A stretch of 64,000 nucleotides of DNA, from assembly GCA_963709605.1 (NCBI GenBank), contig CAVPWX010000013.1:138447-202446 (forward strand). The letters are read 5' to 3'. Below are positions 1 to 8,734 of the stretch, piece after piece. Made by a program: the position numbers and the translations under genes. Numbering within the stretch: the stretch's first letter is position 1; the number at the start of each line of letters is the position of its first letter. The stretch comes from an uncultured Chloroflexia bacterium. Lineage in GTDB: Bacteria > Chloroflexota > Limnocylindria > Limnocylindrales > CSP1-4. The notes under the pieces are model-generated. The model was not told where the DNA came from, did not search any database, and saw only the letters and a list, made by a program, of their open reading frames with translations.

Positions 1-258
1 GGCAGGTTGGCGCTCGGGCGCGGCCGACGCCCGGGGCATCGGCGCGGGCGGATGCTACACGACGATGCGCATGGATGCACGCCCCTTCGCGCGTGGCGAA
101 CCGGGCGAGGCGGGTCGGACGGCTCCCTCCGGCCGCGCCCCGGGAACGTTGACACGGCGCCCCGCCGGCATTGACGCCGGGGGCCGGCGACCCTACGCTC
201 GTCGAGGACCGCGACCGCGCCGGGGGCGTCGGCCCAGGTCCCTCGCTGGAGCGCATCC

Positions 259-1512
259 GTGCCCCTGGAAGAGCGCATCGTTCCCGGCGCGGCCGGAGCT
301 CCCGGCACCGCTGCGGCGTCGCCCGAGCTGGATCCCTGCGCCACGGCCCGCAGTGCCGCCCAAGACGCCTGCGCGCTCGCCGACCGGATGAGCGCGCTCG
401 CCCTCGCGACGCAGGAGCGCCTCCGCGACGCCCGCCGGGCCTACGACGAGCACGCCGGGCGCCGCGAGCGCGCCGCCGCGGCCGCCGACCCGCGCGCGGT
501 GCGCGCCGCCAAGGACGATGCCCAGGCGGCGTTCCGGGGTGCCCGCCTGGCTGCCGCCGACCGGGGTGCCATCGAGGTCGCCGCCCGCGAGTGGCTCCGC
601 GAGATCGACCGGATCAACGCGAGGACCCGTGAGGCGATCCGCCTGCTCGCCCGCGAGGACGCGGCCGAGAGCCCGTTGCACCAGGTGGTCGAGCGGCTCG
701 GGGTGGAGGCCGACGGCGCGCGCATCGCGGCCGAGAGCGCGGCCGAGGCGTGCCGCAACGCGCGGATCACCCTCGCCACGTGCGAGGAGCGCGAGCGGGC
801 CGGTGCTGCGGCGATCGCCGCGACGGCGGCTGGCACGCCGGCCCCCGGCGCCCTCGAGCCTGCGTCCGTCGCGGCGCGGGTGACGCCGGCGTCGCCCGCC
901 CCGGAGCCCGCGGCGGCCCAGGCGCAGGCCTCGGCGGGCCCGGGCCTCCCGCCGCCGTCGACCAGCGGGCCCGCCGTCTTCCCCCTCCTCGCGGGCGACC
1001 GCGACGTGCTGCGCCGGATCGCTGCCGCGCTGGCCGAGGGGGACCCGGAGGCCGAGGGCCGCTGGCAGGCGCACCTCAGCGCGCTCGTCGATGCCGTTAC
1101 GGCACGGGCGATCGACGGGGCCGCGCTCGTCTTCCCCGAGAAGCATCCCTTCTGGGGCCCGTATACCCAGCAGCAGTGCCGCGAGATCACCGCGGCGCTC
1201 GCGGCGCTCGGGTACCGCTTCGACGGGCTCGGCGGCTTCACCGACGGGCGGTTCCCCGGCCAGCGGGAGCTCTCGCTGGCGGTCGGCTACGCCGGCCAGG
1301 ACCCGATGCGCATCCGGTTCTGGCCCACCGAGGCCGAGTTGGCCCGCCTGTTCGAGGAGGTGCACGTCGAGAGCGGGCGGTTCGTCGCCGAGGCGGCGGG
1401 AGACCTGACGCTCGGCGAGATGATCGACCTGCTCGGCCGCCGCGCAGAGGACCTCAGCGACCTCTGGAACGCCTGGGGACGCGTCCGGCCGCTCCTCCTC
1501 GCCCCCGCCTGA
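259..1512 (+). CDS. hypothetical protein: Ala/Arg-rich, coiled-coil-like N-terminal half plus a globular C-terminal domain
   Basis: Only frame here with normal composition in its C-terminal ~150 aa (FPEKHPFWGPYTQQQCREITAALAALGYRFDG...). No family recognised. The GTG start at 259 is uncertain; an in-frame ATG lies at 388. Confidence 0.5.
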   Translation: MPLEERIVPGAAGAPGTAAASPELDPCATARSAAQDACALADRMSALALATQERLRDARRAYDEHAGRRERAAAAADPRAVRAAKDDAQAAFRGARLAAADRGAIEVAAREWLREIDRINARTREAIRLLAREDAAESPLHQVVERLGVEADGARIAAESAAEACRNARITLATCEERERAGAAAIAATAAGTPAPGALEPASVAARVTPASPAPEPAAAQAQASAGPGLPPPSTSGPAVFPLLAGDRDVLRRIAAALAEGDPEAEGRWQAHLSALVDAVTARAIDGAALVFPEKHPFWGPYTQQQCREITAALAALGYRFDGLGGFTDGRFPGQRELSLAVGYAGQDPMRIRFWPTEAELARLFEEVHVESGRFVAEAAGDLTLGEMIDLLGRRAEDLSDLWNAWGRVRPLLLAPA

Positions 1513-1527
1513 TCCCCCGCCAGGGCC

Positions 1528-1558
1528 GGGCGACGCCGGGTTCAGGCGGGCGTCGCCC
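1528..1558. terminator. GC-rich hairpin between convergent genes; possible bidirectional terminator
   Basis: GGGCGACGCC (1528-1537) pairs with GGCGTCGCCC (1549-1558), giving a 10-bp stem and an 11-nt loop. It sits at the convergent ends of the 259..1512 and 1542..2393 genes. There is no clear U-tract. Confidence 0.3.
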
Positions 1559-2393
1559 CGTGCGGGCCCTCGTCCGGCTCGTCGTCGATGACGACCAGGC
1601 GGAAGGCCTCGCCGGCCGCCGCGCCGATCGGCTCACCCTCCTCGGCCAGCCAGGCCCGGAGGCGGGATGCCAGCTCCTCGGGATCGGCGACCTGGCTGGC
1701 GTGGCACAGGAGGGCGGCGATCTTGCGCTCGACGGTCGCGCTCACGTCGACCCACGCCGTGGGGGCGTTGGGCCAGAACAGGTAGAGCCGCCGCACGGCG
1801 TGCGCCGCCAGCCCCGCCCGGGCGAGCCCCGCGAACGCCATAGGGTTGCGCGCCGCGGGGAAGACCGCGTCGACGGCCGCCATGCCGGCCGCGCGATGAT
1901 CGGCATGGTTGACGCCGGCGCCCCGGTAGAAGAGCACCTCCGGGTCGTGGGTGAGGACCGCGTCGGGGCGGAAGCGCCGGATCTCCCGCACCAGCAGCTC
2001 TCGAAGCGGCAGCTCGTTCGCCAGCGCCCCGTCCGGCTGGTGGAGGAACACGACGTCGTCGTAGCCGACGATCGCGGCGGCCCGGCGCTGCTCCGCCTCC
2101 CGCGCGGCCGCGAGGGCGAGCGGGTCGGCGCCGGGATCCTCGCTGCCCTGGTCGCCGGACGTGCAGCAGACGAGGCGGCCGACGGACCCCGCATCGATCC
2201 ACGCTGCCGCCGTCGCGGCCGGCCCGAACTCGGCGTCGTCCGGGTGGGCGGCGATGACGAGGAACCGCGCCGGCCGCCAGGCGTGGGCAGCCTGGCGCTC
2301 GCCGGGGGAGGGCGCGGGGGGAGTCACGGCGCCGCGGGCTCGTCCGCGGACGCGCGGCCGCTCCCCGCCGACGGCCGGATCCTGCTCGTCCAT
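1542..2393 (-). CDS. PIG-L/LmbE family deacetylase
   Basis: Motifs VIAAHPDDAEFG and NHADHRAAG are typical of the PIG-L (GlcNAc-PI de-N-acetylase/LmbE) family. ATG at 2393 (MDEQDP...) is in frame with the stop at 1542. The longer 837-aa track ORF upstream is Arg/Pro-rich artefact. Confidence 0.8.
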   Translation of the reverse strand: MDEQDPAVGGERPRVRGRARGAVTPPAPSPGERQAAHAWRPARFLVIAAHPDDAEFGPAATAAAWIDAGSVGRLVCCTSGDQGSEDPGADPLALAAAREAEQRRAAAIVGYDDVVFLHQPDGALANELPLRELLVREIRRFRPDAVLTHDPEVLFYRGAGVNHADHRAAGMAAVDAVFPAARNPMAFAGLARAGLAAHAVRRLYLFWPNAPTAWVDVSATVERKIAALLCHASQVADPEELASRLRAWLAEEGEPIGAAAGEAFRLVVIDDEPDEGPHGATPA

Positions 2394-2410
2394 GCTGGTC
2401 CCGCGGGCGC

Positions 2411-2893
2411 TCACGGCCGGGCCGTGGCCGCCTCGAGCGCAGCCACGACCTCCTCGGCATGGCCTTCGGGCCTGACCGCGTGCCAGGCGTGGGCCACCCG
2501 GCCGTCGGGCCCCACGAGGAACGTGGAGCGCTGGATCCCCATGTACGTCCTGCCGTACTTCGACTTCTCGACCCACGCGCCGTAGGCCTCGGCAGCTGCG
2601 TGGTCGCGGTCCGAGAGGAGGGGGAACCTGAGGTGGAGCTTCTCGCGGAAGCGCCCGTGGCTCTTCGCGTCGTCGGGGCTGATCCCCCAGACGGCAGCGC
2701 CGGCGGCCACCAGGTCGTCGTTGGCGTCGCGGAAGGCGCAGGCCTCGGTCGTGCAGCCGGGCGTGTCGTCCTTGGGATAGAAGTAGACCACCGTCCAGCG
2801 TCCGCGCTGATCGGCGAGGCGGTGGATCGTGCCGTTCTCGTCGGGGAGCGCGAAGTCGGGCGCCGGATCGCCGGCGGCGGGCATCGTCGACAT
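2411..2893 (-). CDS. bcp: thioredoxin-dependent peroxiredoxin Bcp
   Basis: 160 aa. The VVYFYPKDDTPGCTTEAC motif holds the peroxidatic and resolving Cys arrangement of Bcp/PrxQ. Confidence 0.9.
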   Translation of the reverse strand: MSTMPAAGDPAPDFALPDENGTIHRLADQRGRWTVVYFYPKDDTPGCTTEACAFRDANDDLVAAGAAVWGISPDDAKSHGRFREKLHLRFPLLSDRDHAAAEAYGAWVEKSKYGRTYMGIQRSTFLVGPDGRVAHAWHAVRPEGHAEEVVAALEAATARP

Positions 2894-2902
2894 GCGCTGA
2901 GG

Positions 2903-3661
2903 CTACCGCAGCGCGACGATCGCCGCGAGCACCGCGAGGCCGCCGACGACGACCGTCCCGTCGAGGGCCGACCAGCGGACGATCCGGTACCGGGTGCGCC
3001 CGGCCGTCGAGAACCCCCGGGCGTCCATCGCGACGGCCAGCCGGTCCCCGCGGCGGATGGCGAGAACGAGCAGGCCGACGAGGATGCGCGGATGCCACGT
3101 CGCCCGGAGGCCCCGCATCCGGCGCGCCTCGCGCAGAGCGACGAGATCCTCGGCCAGCCACGGGATCGCCTGCAGGGCGGCCAGCGCGCCGTAGGCGAAC
3201 CGCTCCGGCAGGCGGGCCTGCTGGACGAGGGCATCGGCGAGGTGAGTCGCGTCGGTCACCCGGGCCCAGGCGACGCCGACCGCGACGATCGCCACCACCC
3301 GCAGGGCGAGGGCCACGCCGGCCTCGATCGCCGGGGTGGTCAGCCGAACCGGCCCGAAGACGACGACGACCGCGGCCGAGGGATCGGCGTTGGCCGGCGA
3401 GAGAAGGGCGTTGAAGGCTCCGACCGTCAGCGCCGCCAGCCAGAGGGGGGCAAGGCCGCGCGCGAGATCGCGCGGCGCCACGCGGCCGGGCCCGAGGGCG
3501 GCGAGGATGGCGACGACGGCGACGAGAACCGGCGGGCGCGGGTCGGTCGTGGTCGCCAGGGCCACGAGCCACGCGACGGCGACGGCGAGCGTGGCGAGGG
3601 GACTCGCCCGCCCGAGCGGGCTGGCTGCGACGCGATCCGTCCGGGCCTGCACCGCGATCAT
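2903..3661 (-). CDS. ECF transporter transmembrane (T) component, YkoC/EcfT-like
   Basis: Hydrophobic 252-aa protein with the ARxxRG-type coupling region (LREARRMRGLR). It overlaps the upstream ATPase stop (ATGA coupling). Confidence 0.8.
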   Translation of the reverse strand: MIAVQARTDRVAASPLGRASPLATLAVAVAWLVALATTTDPRPPVLVAVVAILAALGPGRVAPRDLARGLAPLWLAALTVGAFNALLSPANADPSAAVVVVFGPVRLTTPAIEAGVALALRVVAIVAVGVAWARVTDATHLADALVQQARLPERFAYGALAALQAIPWLAEDLVALREARRMRGLRATWHPRILVGLLVLAIRRGDRLAVAMDARGFSTAGRTRYRIVRWSALDGTVVVGGLAVLAAIVALR

Positions 3662-5199
3662 GCCGCTTCCTGCGGTGGGATCGTGGCTCCCGGGCCGGCG
3701 ATGCGACCGTCGACGAGGCGCACGACGCGCTCCGCCACGTCGCCGGCGAAGCGCAGGTCGTGGGTCGCGGCGACGATCGCCGTGCCTTCGTCGACCCCCG
3801 CCCGGAGCAGGCCCAGGAGCGCCCCGTAGCCGCGTCGATCCTGGCCGAAGGTCGGCTCGTCGAGGACGAGGAGGGCGGGCCGCCGGACGAGCTGAGAGGC
3901 GAGCGAGAGCCGGCGCTGTTCGCCGCCCGAGAGCGTGAACGGGTTGCGCCGGCCGAAGGCTGCCATCGGGAGCCCGAGGGCGTCGGCGACGTCGCCGGCC
4001 CGCTGCCGCTCCCCGGTGGCGAGGCCCAGCAGCAGGTCGGCCTCCACCGTCGCACCCAGGAACCCGCGCTCCGGGTCCTGCATCACGTAGCCGGCGCGAC
4101 GGGCCAGGTCGTGCGGGGCGAGGCGCGAGGGATCGGCGCCGGCAAGGCGGACGCGGCCGGCCGCCGGCCGAAGGAGGCCCACCAGGAGGCGCCCGAGGGT
4201 CGACTTGCCGCTGCCGTTGGGGCCGAGGAGGGCAACCCGCTCACCGGGGCCCACCGCCAGGTCCACGCCGCGCAGCACGGCGACGCCCCGCTCGAAGGCG
4301 AAGGCGACGTCGTGGGCCTCGACGACGGGCTCACCGGTCCCCGCGCCGCCGGACGACCGGAGCGGGAGGGGGGGCAGCGGCTCGTCGGGGAGCCAGATGC
4401 CCGCCTCCGCCAGCACGTCGCGGGAGCGGGCCAGGATCTCGCCGGGCGGCCCGAAGCCCAGCGGGGCGCCGTCCGCGCCGAGGGCCAGGACGAGGTCGGC
4501 CAGCGGCCAGGCGAGCTCGGCCCGGTGCTCGACCAGCACGACCGTCGCGGCCCGGGCCGATCGGACCGCGGCGAGCCGGGCCGCGAAGGCCGACGCCCCG
4601 GGCGGGTCGAGGTTGGCGGTCGGCTCGTCGAGGACGAGGAGGCCCGGTCGCGGGGCGAAGGCCCCGGCGAGGGCGAGACGCTGCTGCTCACCGCCGGAAA
4701 GACGGGCCGTCCGCCGCCGCTCGAATCCCGCGAGGCCAGCCTCGGCCAGCGCGTCCGGGACGCGGGCGCGCATCCGCTCGCGGGACCAGCCGCGACCCTC
4801 GAGGCCGAACGCGACGTCGTCCTCGGCGCGCTCCATGACGAGCTGGCTCGAGGGATCCTGGAACACGACCCCGACGCGCTCGATCACGGCGGGGGCGGTC
4901 CCGGTGTCCACCACCAGGCCGTCCACGGTGAGCTCGCCCGCCATGCGCCCCGGGACCGACCAGGGCATGAGCCCGGCGATCGCCCTTGCGAGCGTGCTCT
5001 TGCCCGACCCTGACGGGCCGACCACCAGGAGGCAGGCGCCGGGCGGCAGCTCGAACGAGACGCCGGCAACGGCCGGCGCCGCCCGGCCCGGGTAGGTGAC
5101 GGCGAGGTCGCGGGCGACGACCGCGACGGGGCGGCCGAGCGAGGCCGGGGCCTCCTCCGCGACGGCCGGCGCCTTCCCCGCGACGGCGGCGGCGCTCAG
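3658..5199 (-). CDS. ECF transporter fused double ATPase (YkoD-like, two ABC domains)
   Basis: Two Walker A motifs (GPSGSGKST, GPNGSGKST) and two LSGGQ/LSGGE signatures. No in-frame ATG/GTG/TTG lies after the upstream gene. The only candidate start is CTG at 5199, overlapping the upstream TGA, so the start is uncertain. Confidence 0.8.
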   Translation of the reverse strand: MSAAAVAGKAPAVAEEAPASLGRPVAVVARDLAVTYPGRAAPAVAGVSFELPPGACLLVVGPSGSGKSTLARAIAGLMPWSVPGRMAGELTVDGLVVDTGTAPAVIERVGVVFQDPSSQLVMERAEDDVAFGLEGRGWSRERMRARVPDALAEAGLAGFERRRTARLSGGEQQRLALAGAFAPRPGLLVLDEPTANLDPPGASAFAARLAAVRSARAATVVLVEHRAELAWPLADLVLALGADGAPLGFGPPGEILARSRDVLAEAGIWLPDEPLPPLPLRSSGGAGTGEPVVEAHDVAFAFERGVAVLRGVDLAVGPGERVALLGPNGSGKSTLGRLLVGLLRPAAGRVRLAGADPSRLAPHDLARRAGYVMQDPERGFLGATVEADLLLGLATGERQRAGDVADALGLPMAAFGRRNPFTLSGGEQRRLSLASQLVRRPALLVLDEPTFGQDRRGYGALLGLLRAGVDEGTAIVAATHDLRFAGDVAERVVRLVDGRIAGPGATIPPQEAA

Positions 5200-5792
5200 G
5201 TGGACCCGCCCTCCGGACCGTCGAAGCCCTCCAGGACGCCCGCCTCCCGGAGGGCCCGCGCCAGGAAGATCGAGCCGCCGGCCACGACGACAACCCCGGA
5301 GACGGCCATCAGGGCACCCACGAGGAGCTGGGTCCCGACGGCGACGGCGGGGTAGTAGATGGCCCAGTCCAGGATCCAGGCCGCGGCGCTGGCGAGGACG
5401 GCGGCGGCGGCGACCACGGGCCAGCCGAACGAGCGGTAGCGCGTGGCGAGGAACGGCAGCTCGCCGGCGAGCCCCTGGGCCACGCCGTAGACGAGAACGA
5501 TGACGCCCCACTGCGAGCCGAGCACGGCCGACACCGAGGCGGCGACGACCTCCGCGAAGACGCCCGACCCCGGCCGGCGGATGACGAGCGGCGCGAGGAC
5601 GGCCGGCACGAGCCACGGGCCGTAGAACAGGTTCTGGAACGGCCCGAGGAACGCGAGGGCGGGCCAGGCGACGTTTCCCCAGGCCCAGAAGACGACCCCA
5701 AAGGCGACACCGAGGACGGCGGTGACGATCACGTCGCGGGTCCGCCAGCCGTTTGCGGCGCGGGGATGGACGGGCGGGGCGAAGGAGCTCAC
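5196..5792 (-). CDS. ECF substrate-capture (S) component, YkoE-like (thiamine precursor/HMP type)
   Basis: 198-aa polytopic membrane protein between thiN and the ECF ATPase. Its GTG start overlaps the thiN TGA (GTGA). The S-component assignment rests on operon context under a TPP riboswitch. Confidence 0.7.
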   Translation of the reverse strand: MSSFAPPVHPRAANGWRTRDVIVTAVLGVAFGVVFWAWGNVAWPALAFLGPFQNLFYGPWLVPAVLAPLVIRRPGSGVFAEVVAASVSAVLGSQWGVIVLVYGVAQGLAGELPFLATRYRSFGWPVVAAAAVLASAAAWILDWAIYYPAVAVGTQLLVGALMAVSGVVVVAGGSIFLARALREAGVLEGFDGPEGGST

Positions 5793-6496
5793 CGGCCCGA
5801 TGCCTCCGTGCTGTGCGTCTCGACGATCAGCAGCCGGCCGGACCGCAGGGAGACGCGAGCCTCCGGCCCGGACCGGACGTTCGAGAGCCCGCGCGCCGGA
5901 CCCGTGCGGAGCGACTCGTCGCGCAGGGGGTAGACGAGGCCGGCGGTGACGATGCCGGCCGCATCGGTGCCGAACGGGAAGAGCGAGACGACGTCGCCGG
6001 CGCGCCCGGCGAGCACGGCCGAGGCCGGTGATGCCGCCGCGTCGAGGAGCCGGACGCGGGTCCGGCCGTCGAGGAGGACGGTCGGGCGCCCGGCGAGCGC
6101 CGGGTGGGCGAGGAGCCAGGCGTTGGCCAGCGCGTGGTCGAACCGGGCGCCGCCCAGCGCGCCGAGGATGGTCAGGCGGGTGGCGCCGCGCGCCACCCCG
6201 GCAAGCACGGCGAGCTCGAGGTCGGACTCGTCCTTGGCCGCCGTGACGAGCTCCAGCGGGATCCCCGCCGCCCGGACGGCCGCCAGCCCGGCGGGGCCCA
6301 GCGAATCGGCGTCGCCGACGACGAGGTCGGGCCGCAGGCCTGCCGCCAGCGCCTTCGTCGCCCCGCCGTCCGCCCCCACGACGAGTCCGGCACCCGCGTC
6401 CCACCCCGGCCAGGCGACGTCGAGCTCGGCGCGCGGCGGGACGTCCCCGTCGCCGACGAGGATGGCGTGGAGCCGGTGGTGGACGGTCGCGGGAAT
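5789..6496 (-). CDS. thiN: thiamine pyrophosphokinase
   Basis: LVVGDADSLGP, ..KDESDLELA.. and the C-terminal thiamine-binding domain are typical of TPK. No canonical start follows the SD. ATT at 6496 lies 7 nt after GGAGG. The in-frame ATG at 6625 falls inside the riboswitch. Confidence 0.75.
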   Translation of the reverse strand: MPATVHHRLHAILVGDGDVPPRAELDVAWPGWDAGAGLVVGADGGATKALAAGLRPDLVVGDADSLGPAGLAAVRAAGIPLELVTAAKDESDLELAVLAGVARGATRLTILGALGGARFDHALANAWLLAHPALAGRPTVLLDGRTRVRLLDAAASPASAVLAGRAGDVVSLFPFGTDAAGIVTAGLVYPLRDESLRTGPARGLSNVRSGPEARVSLRSGRLLIVETHSTEASGR

Positions 6497-6532
6497 CGAG
6501 ACGCCTCCGCTGGATGGGACGGAGGCGTGGCC

Positions 6533-6623
6533 TGGACTCCCTTCGCCGGCATGACCCGGATCAGGTTCCGAGGGTCTGCGGTGGTCCCGCACTCTCAGCG
6601 CCGCGGCGGCGCTCCCCTGTCCC
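6533..6623 (-). promoter_or_regulatory. TPP (THI-box) riboswitch
   Basis: The minus strand reads GGGAC-AGGGGAGCG..GCGCTGAGAGTGCGGGACCACCGCAGACCCTCGGAACCTGATCCGGGTCATGCCGGCGAAGGGA-GTCC. The CTGAGA, ACCTGATCCGG and ATGCCGGCG..AGGGA cores match the THI element. A CGCCTCCG/CGGAGGCG hairpin (6502-6527) follows and buries the SD. Confidence 0.85.
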
Positions 6624-6663
6624 ATTCTTCTGTTGGGCCGGCCTCCAGCCGGCGCCGACGAGT

Positions 6664-7317
6664 CTACACCCGGGGGGCCAGGAGCCGGTCCACCCAGGCT
6701 GCGACCGAGGGGGCCGTCTCGTCGGCTCCCGCGGCCCGCAGCGAGGCCTCGTCGCCGAGCACCGAACCGATCCCCACCGCGTGGGCCCCCGCGGCGCGCG
6801 CCATCCGCATGTCGTCGAAGGCATCGCCGACGTACGCGGTGCCCGCTGCGGTGGGCCCCAGGCCGAGCTCGCGGATCGCCCGCAGGAGCGGCGCCGGGTC
6901 CGGCTTGGCCTCGGGGAGGTCGTCGCCGTGCACGCGGACCGGGAGGAGGTCCTCGAGGCCGTGCCGGCGGAGCTGGGTGCCCACGTTGTCCCGGTGCCCG
7001 GCGGTGACGAGGGCCAGCGGATAGCCGGCGCAGCGGAGCCGCTCGAGGGCCGCGGCCGCCCCGGGCAGCAGCTCCGCCTCGTCGCGCCCACGGTAGATGG
7101 CCCACCAGCGGCGCCCGGCCTCCTCGATGAGCTCCGGGGGAAGCCCGGCGAGGCGATACAGCTGCCGCCAGTCGGGAGTCCAGAGGCGGCAGTAGTCCTC
7201 CCACGTCAGGCGCAGCCCGAAGCCGGCCACGACCTCGTCGGTGGCCGCGTACATGAGGGGCAGGGTGTCGGCGATGGTGCCGTCCCAGTCGAAGACGACC
7301 GCGCGCATCGGCCGCAT
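6664..7317 (-). CDS. HAD-superfamily hydrolase (phosphoglycolate phosphatase-like)
   Basis: DxDxT motif (VVFDWDGTIADT), a LVTAG motif and GDAFDDMRMARAAG (motif IV). ATG at 7317 is in frame with the stop at 6664. Confidence 0.85.
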   Translation of the reverse strand: MRPMRAVVFDWDGTIADTLPLMYAATDEVVAGFGLRLTWEDYCRLWTPDWRQLYRLAGLPPELIEEAGRRWWAIYRGRDEAELLPGAAAALERLRCAGYPLALVTAGHRDNVGTQLRRHGLEDLLPVRVHGDDLPEAKPDPAPLLRAIRELGLGPTAAGTAYVGDAFDDMRMARAAGAHAVGIGSVLGDEASLRAAGADETAPSVAAWVDRLLAPRV

Positions 7318-7392
7318 CGTAGCCCGGCCCGGCCAGCGGGGCAGGGGCTCGTAGGGCGGGGTGCCGGGGCGGCCGATGCTAGACTCCCGGCC

Positions 7393-7971
7393 GTGCCCGA
7401 GACGGTCGCCCCCGAGTCCTTCGATCCCGCCGTCCGGCGGGTCGTGGAGGCGGCCGCCCGCAAGGGCGTCGAGCTCCGCATCGTCGTCCTCGAGGCGACC
7501 ACCCACACGGCGGAGGACGCGGCTCTCGCGGTCGGTGCGGAGCTCGGGCAGATCGTGAAGTCGCTCGTCTTCGTGGCCCCGCGCGACGATGCCGGCCACG
7601 AGCCGGTCCTCTGCCTCGTCGCCGGCACCAACCGGGTCGACGTCGCCCGCCTGGCCGCCGTCGTCGGCGAGCCGGGGATCCGGCGGGCGACGGCCCGCGA
7701 GGCGCGCGACCTCACCGGGTACGCCATCGGCGGGATTCCCCCGGTGGGTCACGCGCACGGCGTCCGGGCGGTGATGGATCCCGACCTCGGACGGTTCCGC
7801 GAGGTCTGGGCGGCCGCCGGGGCGGACCGTGCCGTCTTCCCGATCGCGCCGGCCGCTCTGCGGGCCCTGGCGAACGCCATCGTGGCGCCGATCGCCGACG
7901 CCGTGGATGGTCCGGGCGGCGCGGCAGAGATCGCCGGCCCGGTGGGACCCGCCACTCACGGCGACGCGTGA
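7393..7971 (+). CDS. YbaK/EbsC-family aminoacyl-tRNA editing (deacylase) domain protein
   Basis: IVKSLVFV...LCLVAG.NRVD...GYAIGGIPPVGH is the YbaK/ProX editing-domain pattern. GTG at 7393 is in frame with the track ORF. Confidence 0.8.
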   Translation: MPETVAPESFDPAVRRVVEAAARKGVELRIVVLEATTHTAEDAALAVGAELGQIVKSLVFVAPRDDAGHEPVLCLVAGTNRVDVARLAAVVGEPGIRRATAREARDLTGYAIGGIPPVGHAHGVRAVMDPDLGRFREVWAAAGADRAVFPIAPAALRALANAIVAPIADAVDGPGGAAEIAGPVGPATHGDA

Positions 7972-8540
7972 CCGCGGAGCCGCGCCAGGCCGTCGTCTCG
8001 TACCCCGGCGGCATCCGGGTCCGCTATCGGTGGGGCGGCACGGGGCAGGGCCCGGCGGTCTTCGCCCTGAGCGAGGCCGGCGGTGCTCTCCACGAGTACG
8101 GCGACCGGATCTCGCCCTCGTTCGAGCGCCAGTGCCGCGCCGAGGTCCGGGCCGAGAGTCCCGGCGGCACCTGGGCGGCCCGGCTCGCGTCGCCGATCTT
8201 CGATGCGCCGGCGGGGACGGCCTGGGACGTCGCCGGGCTGCTGGTCGTGAAGTACGGGTTCGCGACGTACGGGCTCGACGCCCGGACCGGCGAGCTGCGC
8301 TGGCTCCACCGCTCGGGGTCGCCGGTGGTGGCCGTGCTCGGCTCCTCGCGTCTCGAGCACGTCGTCGTGCAGGCCGAGGTCGAGACGTTCGCCGTCGAGG
8401 CGAGCGGCGACGTCCGCTGGCGGGTGGCGCACTCGGACGTCGTTGCCGAGGCCGAGCTGGTCGGGGGTCGCCTGGTGCTGACCAGCTACGGCGGGCTCGT
8501 CCGGGCCCTGGATCCCGCCACGGGGGTCGCCGCCGGCTGA
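7968..8540 (+). CDS. hypothetical protein with PQQ/beta-propeller-like repeats
   Basis: Repeated ..G.LRW../..G.VRW..-type strands (ARTGELRWLH, ASGDVRWRVAH, GGLVRALDPATG). The start overlaps the upstream stop (GTGA). Confidence 0.5.
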   Translation: MTAEPRQAVVSYPGGIRVRYRWGGTGQGPAVFALSEAGGALHEYGDRISPSFERQCRAEVRAESPGGTWAARLASPIFDAPAGTAWDVAGLLVVKYGFATYGLDARTGELRWLHRSGSPVVAVLGSSRLEHVVVQAEVETFAVEASGDVRWRVAHSDVVAEAELVGGRLVLTSYGGLVRALDPATGVAAG

Positions 8541-8616
8541 TCCCGTCCCGCCGCCCCGTCGTGGACGGGGTGTGGACAACCCGCACCGGAACCGCCGATC
8601 ACGTGGACGACGGTCG

Positions 8617-8645
8617 TTGACCGGGGCACGCGTCCCCGGTAGCGT
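8617..8645 (+). promoter_or_regulatory. candidate sigma-70-type promoter
   Basis: TTGACC (8617-8622), a 17-nt spacer, then TAGCGT (8640-8645). It is followed by GGAGGGG and ATG at 8667. The AT-containing hexamers stand out in a GC-rich intergenic region. Confidence 0.3.
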
Positions 8646-8734
8646 GGATATCGACCCGGAGGGGTCATGAGCTCGCTAATGGCGGAGGCTCCGGCCGAGG
8701 CCCACGCGACGCGGAGGTTCCTCCGGGTCGTTCC

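Noticed and set aside
6623-6625. In-frame ATG as the thiN start, giving a 278-aa protein.
   Set aside because: It lies at the 5' edge of the P1 stem of the TPP aptamer. Translation from there would read through the whole riboswitch. Homology to thiamine pyrophosphokinases begins about 40 codons downstream, after a proper SD.
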